A DNA stretch of 64,000 nucleotides from the human T2T-CHM13v2.0 reference genome, Homo sapiens: NCBI RefSeq assembly GCF_009914755.1, contig NC_060926.1; one strand, 5' to 3'. This document shows positions 38,133 to 56,660 of this stretch, piece after piece (position 1 is the stretch's first letter; the number at the start of each line of letters is the position of its first letter). A program made the position numbers and the translations under genes. The notes below the pieces were generated by a model that was not told the origin of the DNA, did not search any database, and worked only from the letters and a program-made list of their open reading frames with translations.

Positions 38133-38302
38133 AATATAGGCCCAAAGCAGCATCCTGAAGACCCAATTGGCCACCCCATCATGCATCTGTCTGGTGTGAA
38201 GCATGCCACGGGGGAGGCCATCTACTGTGATGACATGCCTCTGGTGGACCAGGAACTTTTCTTGACTTTTGTGACTAGTTCAAGAGCTCATGCTAAGATT
38301 GT
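38133..38302 (+). CDS. AOX1: AOX1 exon 17 ([56 protein letters not shown]), start of Moco domain
   Basis: cag| ... GT|gtaagt, 170 nt; ATGEA.YCDD motif. Confidence 0.97.
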
Positions 38303-38602
38303 GTAAGTGGTAAAATTCTTACTCAATGGGCGTAAATGATTGTCTTTTCATCTAAGTCACACTAGTGAAAAGTAATGGTGTGAAGAAATAGGCTATTTGT
38401 TGGTGATAGCCAATGCAGACCAGAGGTGAAACAGGATCGAAATGTAGGATTTACTACAACTTCGTTGTCCCAAGAATTTTTTCCCAATTGTCTGGCAGAG
38501 ACTGTTGGACAGTTCTTACCTCTCTCATATCTTATTATCCAATTAACCATGTTCTTGGCCTCTATGGCCACTCTAAGGAGCTCTGCTGTGTATATCATCT
38601 AG

Positions 38603-38729
38603 GTCTATTGATCTGTCAGAAGCTCTCAGCATGCCCGGTGTGGTGGACATCATGACAGCAGAACATCTTAGTGACGTCAACTCCTTCTGCTTTTTTACTG
38701 AAGCTGAGAAATTTCTGGCGACAGATAAG
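38603..38729 (+). CDS. AOX1: AOX1 exon 18 ([42 protein letters not shown])
   Basis: tag| ... AAG|gtactg, 127 nt. Confidence 0.96.
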
Positions 38730-39020
38730 GTACTGCATTTTTGCTTTCTATTTGAAAAATAACTTTCTCAGTTAACGGTGCTTCATATTTTCTTAAAGAT
38801 ACCATCTACTTTGGCACACCATGAAAGACTCCAGTATTCTTAGAATGCTTATTATAAAAGTATATTCTAATATTGAATGAATTCAAATATATTCATTTTC
38901 TGTACAAGTAAAGACATTAACTAGTTATATAAAAGATTATTTGGTGTTTTACATTTTCTAATAGTGAGATGGCATACTGCTAATGGTATAAATGAGTAAA
39001 TGAAGATGGAATAATGGTAA

Positions 39021-39551
<531 letters not shown>

Positions 39552-41347
39552 TAAAAGTGAGCATCTATGATGTCTGGTCACCATAGCTGAACAAGATATG
39601 TATGATCTCTACTCTCATGGAGCTTAAAGTCTAGAGGAGAAAACAAAGTGACCTTTATGTACTTTCTACCTTGTGTTAAGCTTGTTTATTTTGATGTCTT
39701 ATATATTTCTTCCACCTAGTATAAATTCCTTGAGTGAGGACCCATGTCTGATTCATCTGTGTATTCCACACACTGCTTCTCACATTGCAGGGTGAATGAG
39801 TAGAGGTATAGTGATAACATTGTTGCCTTGTGAAAATTACAAATGATTAAAACTTTGGCTACAGCAAGAACAGCAGTCAGCAGGTTTTCTGCATAATTCG
39901 GACTGCTCAGTTCAGTGTTTACCCAAAAGGGCTTCATAATTTGAAACAGTCCCTTCCTCTGGCTCTCCTTGGAAGATACTCCCTTGAAGATATTATCTGT
40001 AGAAATGAAAGCTTGATGACTGAGAGTTTGAACTCAAGGTTGAAACTCCCCCAAAGCAGGGCTGTGTAGCACTGGCAGAGACGGTGAGAATTTAAGCCCT
40101 TTGCATAAATGTTTACTAAACAAGTGAAACTGATCTTGGCTGCATGATAGTACCTGCTCTTTGAGGTGTGCTTATGAAGATCATAAGCATCTCAGGGGCC
40201 ACATCTATGTGCCAGGTCACAGGAGCAAAATCAGGAGTCTTTGGAGTGCCATTGTGAATGATTGCCTTTGTTGGTTTAATGCTTTTTAAAACATTCATTT
40301 ATGGCACTTAATGGCTTTTAAAAGTCTTTTCATTGTAGAAATTGTAAGCATACACAAAAATGGGAAAGTATTATACAATGAACCCCATAGATCCATCACC
40401 CAGCTTCAACAGTTATCAACACGTTACCATTCTTGTTTCATTTTTCTCTCCTTCACTGCCCCTACCCCAAACAAACACACTTTTTTTGTGTTCATGCTAG
40501 ATTTTATGTTTTTAATGCCTTTTTTTCGATGATAAAACTACTTTATGTTCATTGTGGAAAAGACATAATAGTTCAAAGTCAATTTTTAAAATGAGTGATT
40601 ACATTGAAATTGTGAATCACAGCATAAAGTAGGAGAGAGAACTCAGCAATGATGGTGACTTCTTCCAGTCCAGACTGTTTTTACCTTTCTCAAGTCTTAA
40701 GGTTTCTTTTCCCCATCTAAATTTCTGCTGTGGTCCCTGTGTGAACTCCTGAGTCTAGCTGCCCCACCTGCAGGCGAATAATCCTAGCTGTCAACCCCCC
40801 CAGGAAGGGGATGCTGTCTGCTTGGTCACGTCTTGGCTAGGACATCTTTTCATGAAAAGACAGTTTGTGAGGAGAGATGTGCTCACCATCAGGGTTCTGT
40901 TATCACAGGGGACTCCCCTTCCCAGGTCACCCCCTTTTTCTCTCTGGTTGAGATGATCTGTGACTTCCTGGTCCTCCCTGTCCGTGAAGGCAGAGGCTGC
41001 CTCTCTCAGAACAGCTCTGATTGTCGTGTGACAGCCAAACATCAAGCCATGGGACAGGCTGGCCCTCACACAGCCTCATAGGCTTGGCCTGGAGCCTGAG
41101 CCTGCTGTCCTCAAGACAGCATCACTCCTGCTCCTCTGATACAGCACAAGGATCTAAACTTCCCCCAGTGCCTCGGGTCAGGAGGCCAGCTGTGGTTATA
41201 GTCATGGACAGATGTGGAGGGGTCACACCTGTGTGTATCTAGCCCTAGCCCTACTGTAATCGAGTACTAGGAGGGAGGAAGAAAATGAATAAAAGAGAGG
41301 ACCTGATGCCTGCCCTCCTTGACAACAAAGGTCTTTCTGTGTCGTAG

Positions 41348-41470
41348 GTGTTCTGTGTGGGTCAGCTTGTCTGTGCTGTGCTTGCCGATTCTGAGGTTCA
41401 GGCAAAGCGAGCTGCTAAGCGAGTGAAGATTGTCTATCAAGACTTGGAGCCGCTGATACTAACAATTGAG
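41348..41470 (+). CDS. AOX1: AOX1 exon 19 ([41 protein letters not shown])
   Basis: tag| ... GAG|gtaatg, 123 nt. Confidence 0.97.
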
Positions 41471-44400
41471 GTAATGAGTTCTGTGGAATGGTGGTGCCAG
41501 TTGGGAGCCAGAACAAATATCGGTTAAAATGCTTTTGGCTACTGTAACAGGAAAATGTGGCTCAAAGTGGCCTCCAAAGCACACGGACTTTATTAACCTC
41601 TAACCAGTCTCAGTATTAACAATTTCCCCAAGGACATGGCTTCTTTTTGCCACTCTTCTCTGCTGCCCACAATACAAGCTCAATTCCTGTGGTCACACAG
41701 ATGGCCGCCAGGACAACCTGGACTTCCTTGTTCATGTTCAAGGAGTAAGAGGAACCCTATTGCCTCAGCATTCTAAGCACAAATCCTGAGATCCAGCCTA
41801 ATTAAGCCACTTAGGTCACATATCCATCTCCAAATTAATGACTGGCAGAGGAATGGAGGAGCTGTTGGTTACTTCTAGGGGTAGGAGTTGGGGTCAGGTT
41901 TCTCTGAAGTAAGCGGGCTATGTAGGGGAGTGTAGGAAACTGAAACAAATCTGAGCCCTGTTTGGAAAGGGAAAGGGGAGGGGATGCTAGATGGGAAACA
42001 GTGATGTCCAGGAAAGTGGATCCACTCTATGACTTTTTACCCACCTTCACCCAGGCACATGGTGAGGACCAACAGGATGTTCCATGAAGTGAGTGTCAGA
42101 GACACGATTTTTAGATTTTTCAAGAGATAAGTCGTATGATGCCTACAGGTATTTTGGCAACTTAAACTGGAGAATTGCATTTTCTATCCTGATTTTTAGA
42201 AAGGAGTTGAAAATTTATAAAGGCTATAAGACTCATCTCCATGAAATGATAGGGTGTTCTCTTGTGTGCATTCCATTGGTTCTTATAATTTCCTGGATGA
42301 TGAAAGAATGAACACGGGGGAGGCAGTGTAAATAGATGAGACTCAGTCCATACAGGCCGCATGTGCTCTGGGACACAATATTAGCTTCACAGCATAATGA
42401 ACATGTTGTTCTCTGGGTGACCGGCATGGCCTGAGGCAGAATTGAGGAAACAACCTGGGCACGATCAGTGTCTCCAGGAGAACTGGGTGTTGGGGGTGCT
42501 TCTTGCCATGCTGCTTGATGCTTAGGAACATGGAGTTTGTCTCTGGGAATTTTTCTTACATTTTAAAATAAAAATAAAATCATGTCAAATAGACAAAAAC
42601 GTAGAAGTCTAATTGGAGTCGAAGTGTGATTAGGCCTCCCAAATTTTCCTGGCCAGTTTCAAATTCAAACACTCTGTTCCCTTCTCAGGCCCTTTTCATT
42701 TACATGTTGCATGCTGCTCTTGCTTCATATATTCTGTCCCCTGAAGTTTGCTGGAGAGTTAGAATTACTTATTAGAAATTATTTACGTAACACTTCATCA
42801 ATATTTTGTTTATAAATCTTTGCCCAATATCAGGGGCTAAATATCTACTCTCCACTCCCCCTACCTTCCAGCCAAATAAAAGCCCCAATAAGCAAATATA
42901 ATAGATGCCACTCCCCCCACCCTCACCACTTCAACCAGCAGACTCGTGATTGTCTGCCAGAGAATCCCAGCATCAGATACAAGCTCTGGCTTTGTGGAAA
43001 AGAGTTGCCTCACATTGTGTTCAGAGATTAAGCTCTCAAAGTCTAAAGATCATCAACTGGATCAGAGCAAATTTAATCAAAGTTTAGAGCAGGGAAATAT
43101 GCCCCTCTCCCTATACATTACAGTTCTTTTATCACTTTCCTGACTAAGAAAAATTCAGAAAATTGGCTCAAAGTTATTCAAAGAGCAAGCAGCCAGTGAA
43201 GTTGAAAAAGATGAAACTTTTAAAAATAGGATTTATAAAACCTAGCTTTTTTTTCAACCTGGAATCTCTTTAATCTTAGATTAATAAGAAAAGCACATGA
43301 ACAGATTCCAATAGGAAGTGTGTTATCAATCAAAATAGAACAAAAACAAATATATCTCTGTCACTATCACAAAGATTTAATCTGGCACATGCTTTTCGAG
43401 TTTTTAGTAGATTGAATGGGGCAACGATCAAAACTCTTGAATCAAGGGGTAAGGCTGATGACCATAATGGAAAAAAATGTGTTCCCTACCGGAATCTGTC
43501 CTGAATAATAATCATCAACAACAACATGAGCATAGCTAGGACCTATACAGAGCTCACTGTGTGGTCAACATGGTTCTAGGTCAGTTTCACACATTAACTT
43601 ACTAAATGCTCACCACAATCCTATGAGGCAAAAACTATTTTTATCCCCATTCTGATGGGGAAACTAAAAGACAGGGTTACCCAAGGTTACATAGCTAGTC
43701 AGTAACAAAAACAATCAACAAACACTCTGTCAAAGAACCTGGGCCCCACCGGTGCTATAAACAAACCAACCCAGTTTTTGAATGGGGGAAATGGCAGAAT
43801 CACAATAGCCCATCCCTCTAAGGGGTGTTGTCTAGACACCTACTGGTGGCCAGAAGGAAACAGAGATAAGAGAATCCCCAACTACCAACAGAATGGAATT
43901 TCATGGATGGACAATAACCCACAGTAGATAATGCCAGCAGGAGCTGGCACACCACATTTGCCAGTGGACACATGGATTACTGCAAGATAAATTCTCAGGG
44001 ATAGCTAAAAACCAACCTATGTTATTGTAACTACATCTCTGGTTATGTGCACCACTGTACCCTTTTACTGGGCACCCAGGGAGAGCCAATAGGAGCTAGT
44101 GTATAAATGGATTTGTACACCCAGCTCCCAGACAGGGCTTGTCTGAAATCTTACTTCCAGAGCTGGAGGTCCCAGGTGCTCTACTGCCCTGTGCAAATGA
44201 AATGCTCATCCCCGCAAAGAAGGAATATGGGGCTGGCAGGCAGAGCCACCATGATCCCAATCACTAGAGTCTTTTCAACTAGCAATTATTGAGTGTTTAC
44301 TATATGCAATATAAGCTCTTCACATCTTATTTCATTTTATCTTCACCAACCACGATCCTATTGGAGCTATATGCACACCTGTTACTTCCATTTTACAGAC

Positions 44401-44839
44401 AATGATAAGAGAGGTGAAGTGATAGGCCCACAGTCAAAGCTGGTAAGTGGGAAAAATGTGTGCACAATGCTGACTGGGTCTAGAGCCCAGGCTCTGAAGC
44501 CCTGTGCTGTATGGCCTTGGCTACATGAAATGGATTGTGGTGTGCAGACAATAACCTGCCTGGAAAATACTAGTTTCATTCTGGGATCACTTAGATGCCA
44601 GTTTTTTTCTGTGCATATTATTTCTTCAGACTCAGTAGGCACATTTACATTTCCTCACTGGGGAGTCTCTCTGCAGTTGGATTCTTAGCTTGGCTCACCA
44701 GGGTCATGGTGAAAGTGCACGGAACCACAAGGTGAAGGGAGAAACAACCCCTGCTCAGAGGATGTGCAGTGGGGTGTGTCTGCTGCCCTAGGGCAGGGTC
44801 TCTTGCCCAAGCTGCCTCATTCCTCTGTTCTCTTTCTAG

Positions 44840-44936
44840 GAAAGTATACAACACAACTCCTCCTTCAAGCCAGAAAGGAAACTGGAATATGGAAATGTTG
44901 ACGAAGCATTTAAAGTGGTTGATCAAATTCTTGAAG
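44840..44936 (+). CDS. AOX1: AOX1 exon 20 ([32 protein letters not shown])
   Basis: tag| ... AAG|gtaaaa, 97 nt. Confidence 0.96.
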
Positions 44937-46070
44937 GTAAAAAGTAATGGAAGAGTAAACAACCCTGGAAGTCTTCTAAGCATGTCAGTTTAAGGCTTCC
45001 TTTGTCTTCTGGAAATCATCGGGCAGCCTAGGGGGGTGTTGCTCCTCAGGAACAGGCAGAACAGGCACCTCATTCACAAATGTGTTTCCCTCCGTCTCTG
45101 GGGTAGGCCAAGAGCCAATGGGGAGGCAAAAGAGGAGGCAAGACCCTGCCCCTCTTCCCTGACCCCCCTTCCCTCATCAAGGCTCCAGTTGTTAGAGATG
45201 TCATTTTCTTTCCTGTTCACAACCACCCTGCAAGAGGGTATTATTATCTCAATCTTATAGGCTGGAAAATGGAGGCTCAGCGTAATTATGGAGTGTGACC
45301 AAGGTCACACAACAACTACTAAATAACAGAGTTGGCCATTGAATTGATAGGCTTTATTAGGATTTCCAAAGCCCATGTTTCTTCTTCATCCTTTCTCTCT
45401 CTGATTCTCCCTCTCTTCCTTTCTTCCTTCTCTGCTTTTTCTTCCCTTCCTCTTCCCTTCCCTTTCTCCTTTCTCTTTCTTCCAGACTTCTTTGCTGTAT
45501 GTATGTATGTAATTAAAATTAAATTTGCCTCTTAGAAAATAGTTAATTATAGCTTTCCAGTACAATTCCTTAACTTTTGGCTTTGAAATATTTTAAAACT
45601 TACATAAAAGTTGCAGAAACATTAAAGAAACTCCCAAATATTTTTCACTCAGATTCCCCAATTATACACACACACATACACACACACACACTTCTGAGCC
45701 ATTTGAGAGTAAATTGTAAACATGATGTATGTCTCTTTACCCCTAAATAGTCAGCATTTGTTTCCTAAAAACAGGATGTTGTCTAACATAAACATAGTTA
45801 TCAAAATCAGAATATTAACACATATTCTATTAATCTACACAGTTTATTCAAATTTCGCTAGTTGTCTCAATAATGTCCTTTATAGCAGAAAAAAGAGGTT
45901 CATCATAAGTCTTAAATAACCCATGCTTTCCCCGCCACACTCTGCTGTCATTGCTGCTGTGAAAGCTGTCCTAATGCCTGCCTCACAAGATCTCTGATTT
46001 ACAGACATGCTATTGGGTGGGTATGGGCAGTCTGTGCCACATCTCAGAGCAGAGAAATCATCCGGCATTA

Positions 46071-46483
<413 letters not shown>

Positions 46484-47450
46484 TCACAAGAATAGGAAGA
46501 GTCCTAAGACACATCCCATCCTGAGTGCACAGCCAGAGCTGTGTAATATGTCACCAGTCAGCCCAGCTTCTTAAGTTCCAAGCCCATCATGTCTCAACTC
46601 TATAGGTGCATTAAACTTGAAGCGTGTCAGGGGCTGACTGGAAATGTCACCTGAAAGCTGTAGGAAAGACACCTGGAACTGTCACCTACCAGTTTTCCTT
46701 GGCATTGTGTCTTATTAGCTGTGTAACCTGGCAGGGCACTTCTCAGGGCTCAGTCTCCCTGTTTTAATATTACATGGATAAAGTAAAAACAATTTCAAAT
46801 GTGAATTATAAAGATTATAAGAGATAATCATGTGTTCTTGGCATATAGTAACAAATCAATAACTGTGAGCAATGATTATTAGATTTAGATGTTTTTGTTG
46901 TTTTCCTGAAAATGTTGTCTATTAGTGAGATACGTTGGCAGGTGTTCATTTATCAAACCCAGTGTTTCCAAGATTTTCTCCTTATAGGAATCACTGAGGA
47001 TATTTATGAGACCTAGAGATCCCTGTGCCCTTTTTTAGAATTGTAGAGGATCCAAAACAGCCCAGGAACTGGTCTTAACAAGTTTTCCAGGTAATTCTTA
47101 GGGCTAGTAAAATGTGGAAAATACTGGAAAAGTGAGTTTGATTTATGGGAATGAAGAGAAAAAGAGGGTACATTTCTATCATAGAGCGTTCCCGGCATGA
47201 GCATGTTGGAAATATCAATATTTAGGGGGGTTCCTTGTCTCATGTTTGTTTCCTGACATAATGAGTATTTGTGCAAGAATTCCATTGTTGTATTTTTCCT
47301 TGACATCTTCTTTAATTATCTAATTCAATTAGGTGATTGATTTAGTCTGCCTCTTACTTGAATTTTTGTTATTGCTGCATACCCCATTGATAAGTATAAA
47401 AATGATACGGGAATATTAAAAAGGACATTTATACTACTTTTCAGTATAAA

Positions 47451-48169
<719 letters not shown>

Positions 48170-48284
48170 CTATCGTCTTTTGGATTATGAGTTTCTCCTA
48201 ATATCTCATGATATTTCAATGCGAGGTAATTGCAATTAATTATCATAGCAACACTTTATCTGTCTTCTAAGAAAATAAGTGTCC

Positions 48285-48480
48285 CACACTGGGGCCTGTA
48301 GGAGTGGGGGTAAGGGGAGGGAGAGCATCAGGAAGAATAGCTAATGCATGCTAGGTTTAATACCTAAGTGATGGGTTCATCTGTGCAGTAAACCACCATG
48401 GCACACGTTTACCTATGAAGCAAACCTGCACATCCTGCACATGTACCCCAGAACTTAAAAGTTGAAGGAAAAAAAGAAAG
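48285..48480 (+). mobile_element. Short L1PA (older, about PA13-16-like) 3' end insertion
   Basis: gagagcatcaggaagaatagctaatgcatgc...aacctgcacatcctgcacatgtacccc; degenerate TSD aagaaaataagtgtcc / aagaagataggtgttcc. Confidence 0.85.
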
Positions 48481-49559
48481 AAGATAGGTGTTCCAAGAAA
48501 AAAAATATTTAAAAGATAAAATATGTGGAGCATTACATCAGGTCTTAGAATGCGTTCTTGGAGGGAGAACTATTATTGTTTGCACTTATCTGCTGCGAAG
48601 ATATATTTCAACTCTATCTAATCCCGGTGTCACAGCACCAGAGGATGCTAAAGATTACCATTTTCAAATGAGCCAGCTGAGGCTAGAGAGGCTACCTGAT
48701 TGACCAGGATGAAATCTAAGAGTTTTCCCAACTCCAAAGTTAGTATTCTTTCCTCTACATTATCCTGCTTCTCATTTATCTCATTAAAATTCTGTTAGCT
48801 GGGATGTGCTTTATACTGGAGAGCACAGAGAACAATCTGTATAAAAGGATTTGCAAGAGACCCAGGGAGCCCTGAAACTGAGATGATTTTCCCCACAACC
48901 TATCCTGCTGGGCATGGTACAGATAGACACATTCACATCTTAGCAGATTTGGGACTTTAAGGGCCTCTTATTAAAATGTAAATATGCCTGGAGGAATCAC
49001 TCCTAAACCCATACTGGGATAACATTTTATCTCAGGGATTAGTTGATCAAATTGGTTTCCAACCTAGAGAGTTGACAGCAATACCCTAAGGTGAAGAGGG
49101 GGCACTACGGGTGGGGGCTGTCAGGGTAGGCAGTGCAATATAACAGGTTTCTAAAACTTTCCCTTCTTTACAGATTTAAACAGGAACAGCTCTGTCTAAT
49201 TTTTTTAGCTCTGAATATTTTAAATAAAGTGACTACTTAACAAAATAAATTCTGAGTGGATAGGCAGAATCAATAATACTGCAAGCTTGAATGTAAGCCT
49301 AGTGACAATGACATGGGTCTTTAGACTATTTGATAAGAGCTTAAATTGAAGTTAAGATCTGAGCTTGTGAAATTTTAATGTTTATATATTATAAGTGAAG
49401 CAGAATCTATTCATTTTTCTGTGCTCTTTTTTTAAACTCAGATTTTCGATAAGATAGGAAGTCCAGATTGCAATTTAAAACATCTCATTTTTTATGCAAA
49501 TTGAGGGAATCCTCAATTTGCAAATCACTATTGCTGAGTAAATTTTTAATTTTTAAAAG

Positions 49560-51920
<2,361 letters not shown>

Positions 51921-52246
51921 CATTCTCACATTCCTACGCCTCTGCTAACAGCGCTGGCTCCTTATGACCTACTGAATCAAGACCCCTCTGCTTTTGGCTC
52001 TAGAAAGTCATACACCTTTCTCTAGGACTCTGTGACCTAGATATTGGCAGACACAAAAGATTCTCCTATAGAACTTTACTTCAAATCTGCAAGTAGACTG
52101 AAAGCTAAACATTGTTGTTTGTTATACTTCACTGTGCCCAGCAGAAGTACTATTAGTGGAATTTCTGCATAACGGGATAATACCTGGGGGACGCTACCTG
52201 TTGCTTCTGACTGCTTCCTTGACTTTTATGTATTTTCCTGTAACAG

Positions 52247-52371
52247 GTGAAATACATATGGGAGGTCAAGAACATTTTTATATGGAAACCCAAAGCATGC
52301 TTGTCGTTCCCAAGGGAGAGGATCAAGAAATGGATGTCTACGTGTCCACACAGTTTCCCAAATATATACAG
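52247..52371 (+). CDS. AOX1: AOX1 exon 21 ([42 protein letters not shown]); Q776
   Basis: cag| ... CAG|gtaaca, 125 nt; GGQEHFYxE and STQ Moco motifs. Confidence 0.98.
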
Positions 52372-52464
52372 GTAACATGGGGCCATTGTGGAGAGGACAT
52401 GGCTAAATGATTTCTGGCCAGTGAAATATATCAAGAGCAATTAGAGGTAAAAGTATATTTGGGA

Positions 52465-52592
52465 ATTTGAGGTGGGGGGATTGCTTGAACCCAGGAGCTC
52501 AAGGCTTCAGTGATCTATGATCACACCACTGCACTCCAGCCTGGGAGATAGAGTGAGACCCTGTCTCTAACACAAAACAAACAAAACAAAAC
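52465..52592 (+). mobile_element. Alu right-arm fragment (FRAM/AluJ-like)
   Basis: ggattgcttgaacccaggag...cactccagcctggg...(CAAAA)n. Confidence 0.8.
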
Positions 52593-53507
52593 CAATAATG
52601 TTATTTCTTCAGGGACTGAAGAAATATTGAGTATTAATAGCCATATTGATTTCAGTATTAATAGCCATATAAGTTCAGTGCTTTTAAAAGAGTGTTATTA
52701 AAGTGGGAGCCTTTTGTTTGTGGATTGTAGCTTTAAAACCAGTTATGGAATCAGCAGATCTCTTGCTCAGCTCTTGGCACCACTGTTAGGAACACAAGAG
52801 AAGAAAGAGGAAGACCTGCTCTCCAAAGCCTATGGTGCCTAACTCACAGGAAACAGTTAAGAAACAATATTGAAAATTATGCAACCAGGTGCTAAATCAG
52901 CAAAGGCAAAATTTATGTGGGTGGAGAAATTAGGAAAGAGTTTGCTGAGGGCTAGAATCATCCAGGAAGTCCCACAAAGAAGTCTTAAGTTTGGATTCAG
53001 AATGAGAGTGAGGTTTGTCTAGATGGTAAGACAAGAGAGGTCACTTCCAGGCAATTCCACAGCAAGATCAAATGACACCCATTCATTTATTTTCTCACCT
53101 CTTCTGCAAACATTTGTTGCCTGTGTCCTGTACCCTACGCAGCATGCATGGAAGGAAGGAGGAATAGCACAATGACCGCCCCAGCTGGAATGAAGGGGTG
53201 CCTTTAGGAAAGCTAGGTTTAAGCATCAGGGTGAGAGTAAGGGAAATGAGGCAGGGGGTCTTGATTCTGGTCATAAGGAGCCAGTGCTCTTAGCAGAGGA
53301 GTAGGAATGTGAGACTATGGAGAATGAGGCCTCGTAAAAGGCAGGATCCTAAAGAGGGTCAGACGAACTCCATTCCAGGCCTGCTTTTCTCTTCACTCTC
53401 CGTGGGATGTTGGGTCCATAACCTCATCCGTCTCAGGCTTCCCATCTGTAAGAATCAATTGTTAAGACTAAATGACCCCTAATCATTAGGATGGCAGAAA
53501 AGAGTGA

Positions 53508-53885
<378 letters not shown>

Positions 53886-54367
53886 GAGAAGTGCTTATTT
53901 TCCAGTAGAGACAGTAGAATGCAGGGAAAAGACCCATGCTGAGTGAGGCTTAGAAGACTGCAAAATCCCACAGCTTTGGGAAACGTATGCCTAGGGATTA
54001 GTGTGAATAGAATACTTTAGGAGTGGTTCCTGGGGAAAATACAAAAAAGTATGAGTACAAAAATATCTCACTGGTAATGAAAACACTACTAATTAGTTTT
54101 GGCAATGTCATTATAGCCAAGTATTGCTGAGATCAGTTGGGGCTGTGGGCCAGGGTTGTTGGACATTATCCCATTATTTAGCATAACCACACAGTATGGG
54201 TATCATGTGCAACATTAAAGAATCAAAACATCTAGTGACTGTCACAGTCCATTTCAGGGGACAGGTTTTTTGTTGTTGTTGTTAAAATCATAGATGTGAC
54301 AATGACAGTCACAATTAAGTCCTTGCTGAAGATGGATCAGATTAATCAGAACTATTATTGTTCACAG

Positions 54368-54501
54368 GACATTGTTGCCTCAACCTTGAAGCTCCCAGCT
54401 AACAAGGTCATGTGCCATGTAAGGCGTGTTGGTGGAGCGTTTGGAGGGAAGGTGTTAAAAACCGGAATCATTGCAGCCGTCACTGCATTTGCCGCAAACA
54501 A
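54368..54501 (+). CDS. AOX1: AOX1 exon 22 ([44 protein letters not shown])
   Basis: cag| ... AA|gtaagt, 134 nt; GGxFGGK motif followed by V (AOX type; XDH has E). Confidence 0.98.
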
Positions 54502-54843
54502 GTAAGTGGAGAAAATCTGCTAAAAATAAAGTGAAGTCACACTGAAAGTTCTCACTGTCAGAATCAATGAGGAAGAACCTGGGCCAAGATTATTTAATAT
54601 CACATATACGATACAAACACACAAACAAGCTGCCAGCTTATTACACTTACTTGTCTTATATTGTCCTATAGCAACCAAAATAAGAGTCAATTACTGAAAA
54701 TAATAAAAGCCACAGAAAAAATATAATACCTAGAAAGTGGGCAGAAACAGGTCCTGAATGGGTGGGAGTTACTTGTCCTCAGCACCTGCTGGACTGAGCT
54801 ATATATGTAGAGGTCATATATATGGCTTTTTGAACAATGTACC

Positions 54844-55099
54844 TATATATACATACACACATATATATTTATATACATATAAACCATGTACCTATATATA
54901 CATACACACATATATGTTTATAAACGTATATGTATGTTTGTGTGTATATATGTACATTCTTCAATATATCAAAGATATTTTTGTAAAATGGGGTCCCATA
55001 TACACACATACATATATACATATATGTACATATACATACACATATATACATATACGTGTATGTATATATGTGTATATATGTATATGTGTGTATATGTAT
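54844..55099. repeat. Degenerate (TA/CA/TG)n microsatellite interrupted by a unique insert
   Basis: Alternating purine-pyrimidine runs on both sides of 54955-54997. Confidence 0.88.
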
Positions 55100-55671
55100 A
55101 TTTTCTTGATTTAAATATAGACTTTGCTTTTGTTATGCTTACATTCATTTGTATCGCCATTTTCCTTTGAGGATCTCAAAAAATTCTCATGTAAAATTGT
55201 CTCTGGAGCAGGCACACCTAGAAGGCTTAATTTGTTTGCTGAGTAATATGGGTCAGTTCCTCCATCCCAGGAAGCAAAAATACCTTGATTCCAGATCTCT
55301 CCTATCAGGGAGCACTTGGTAGTTAGATCTGCATTCTTCCATTTGTGGCCAGTCTAAAGACCTTGGGACGATTTGCCTATAATAAAGGTTGTTATTACAA
55401 TGGGAAATGCCCCCAAAGCAATGTCCTGGAGCCCCTGGCACCCAAGAGCCTCTGTCCCACAAGTTGCAAATGCCTGGCATTATTCCCTGACCTAACGGGA
55501 GGAAAGCCCACGGTGTATGCCTGAGATCAGCAGAGGACAGGCATGCGAAATAGTTGTGTTGTTCTGTGAGGCGTGTAGGCTCCACTCAGGCTCTTGCCAG
55601 GAGTTATATAAACCCCAGAGAATGCCTGCTAGGTAAAAGAGGTTACCTCACTTACTTTTTTTCTGTTTTAG

Positions 55672-55759
55672 ACATGGCCGTGCAGTTCGCTGTGTTCTGG
55701 AACGAGGAGAAGACATGTTAATAACTGGAGGCCGCCATCCTTACCTTGGAAAGTACAAA
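55672..55759 (+). CDS. AOX1: AOX1 exon 23 ([29 protein letters not shown])
   Basis: tag| ... AAA|gtgagt, 88 nt; [11 protein letters not shown] motif. Confidence 0.98.
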
Positions 55760-56451
55760 GTGAGTACAAGAGGGCATGGAGGAAGGATTTATGTTGTAGA
55801 TACAACATCCTATCAGTTCGCAGGGCAGTCTTTGGCTACTCTCTAGTGGGGAGTAACAATGAGCAAATCAAAAACAGAGCATCTATTTAACTTTCTATTG
55901 GTTGCACTGACTTTTAATTACTAGCTGGTTCAATGGAGGCTTTTCTGCTTAGCTCAAAGATGTCAGTTTCAGAAATAAAACACTAAGTGCTAGCTGGTAT
56001 TGGCTGTACAGAGCAAATAACTAGAAAACGTGAGTGTGTACGCCATTAAAGTAGATCTGATTACCATACTTCTTCCCACATATAAAAGAGGTAAAAGTAG
56101 AATAATTCTCATAACAGTAGTGTTATGTGAAATTGCAATTATTTGTAAATGGGTTCCTCATTCTTCAATATATCAAGGATATTTTTGTAAAATGAGGTTC
56201 CAGAAATTCATAGAAAAAAATTTGTAGTAGAAAATAGTGATTCTTTTGCTTTATAAGAAAAATTTTACTTCTCAGAGTGGGCTAACTTCTCTAAGAAACA
56301 ACTTAAAAGCTCTTAAACTTTCATTACGTCATTTCTTGCTCAAGTAACAGCTCAATATAATCATTGAGGGGGGAAAGGGGAGGATTCTGCTTTATAAAAT
56401 CATTCAGGGACTGGAGCTGTTTCCATTTATTGGTGCCACTGTGCCCTCAGA

Positions 56452-56660
56452 CTGCATCATCCAATATAGTGGTCACTAGGAGCATATGGCTATTTAAATT
56501 TAAATTACCCAAATTAAATACAATTAGAAATTTAGCTCCATAGTCGTATTAGCTATATTCCAAGTGCTCAGTAGGCACATGTGGTTAGTGTCTGCCATAT
56601 TGGACAGTGCAGACGCAGAACATTGCCATCATCACAGAAAGTTTTATTGGGTATCACTGC
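56452..56660. mobile_element. MER3-like hAT DNA transposon nested in an MLT1-like LTR remnant (about 56300-56900)
   Basis: tccaatatag...atatggctatttaaatttaaatta...caagtgctcagtaggcacatgtggttagtg...attggacagtgcag. Confidence 0.75.

Noticed and set aside
52630-52670. 17-bp direct repeat agtattaatagccatat with 24-nt period
   Set aside because: Real but a trivial slippage duplication with no sign of function.
54758-55170. Tyr/Ile/His/Cys-rich ORFs (also at about 60681-61012)
   Set aside because: Translations of TA/CA microsatellites.
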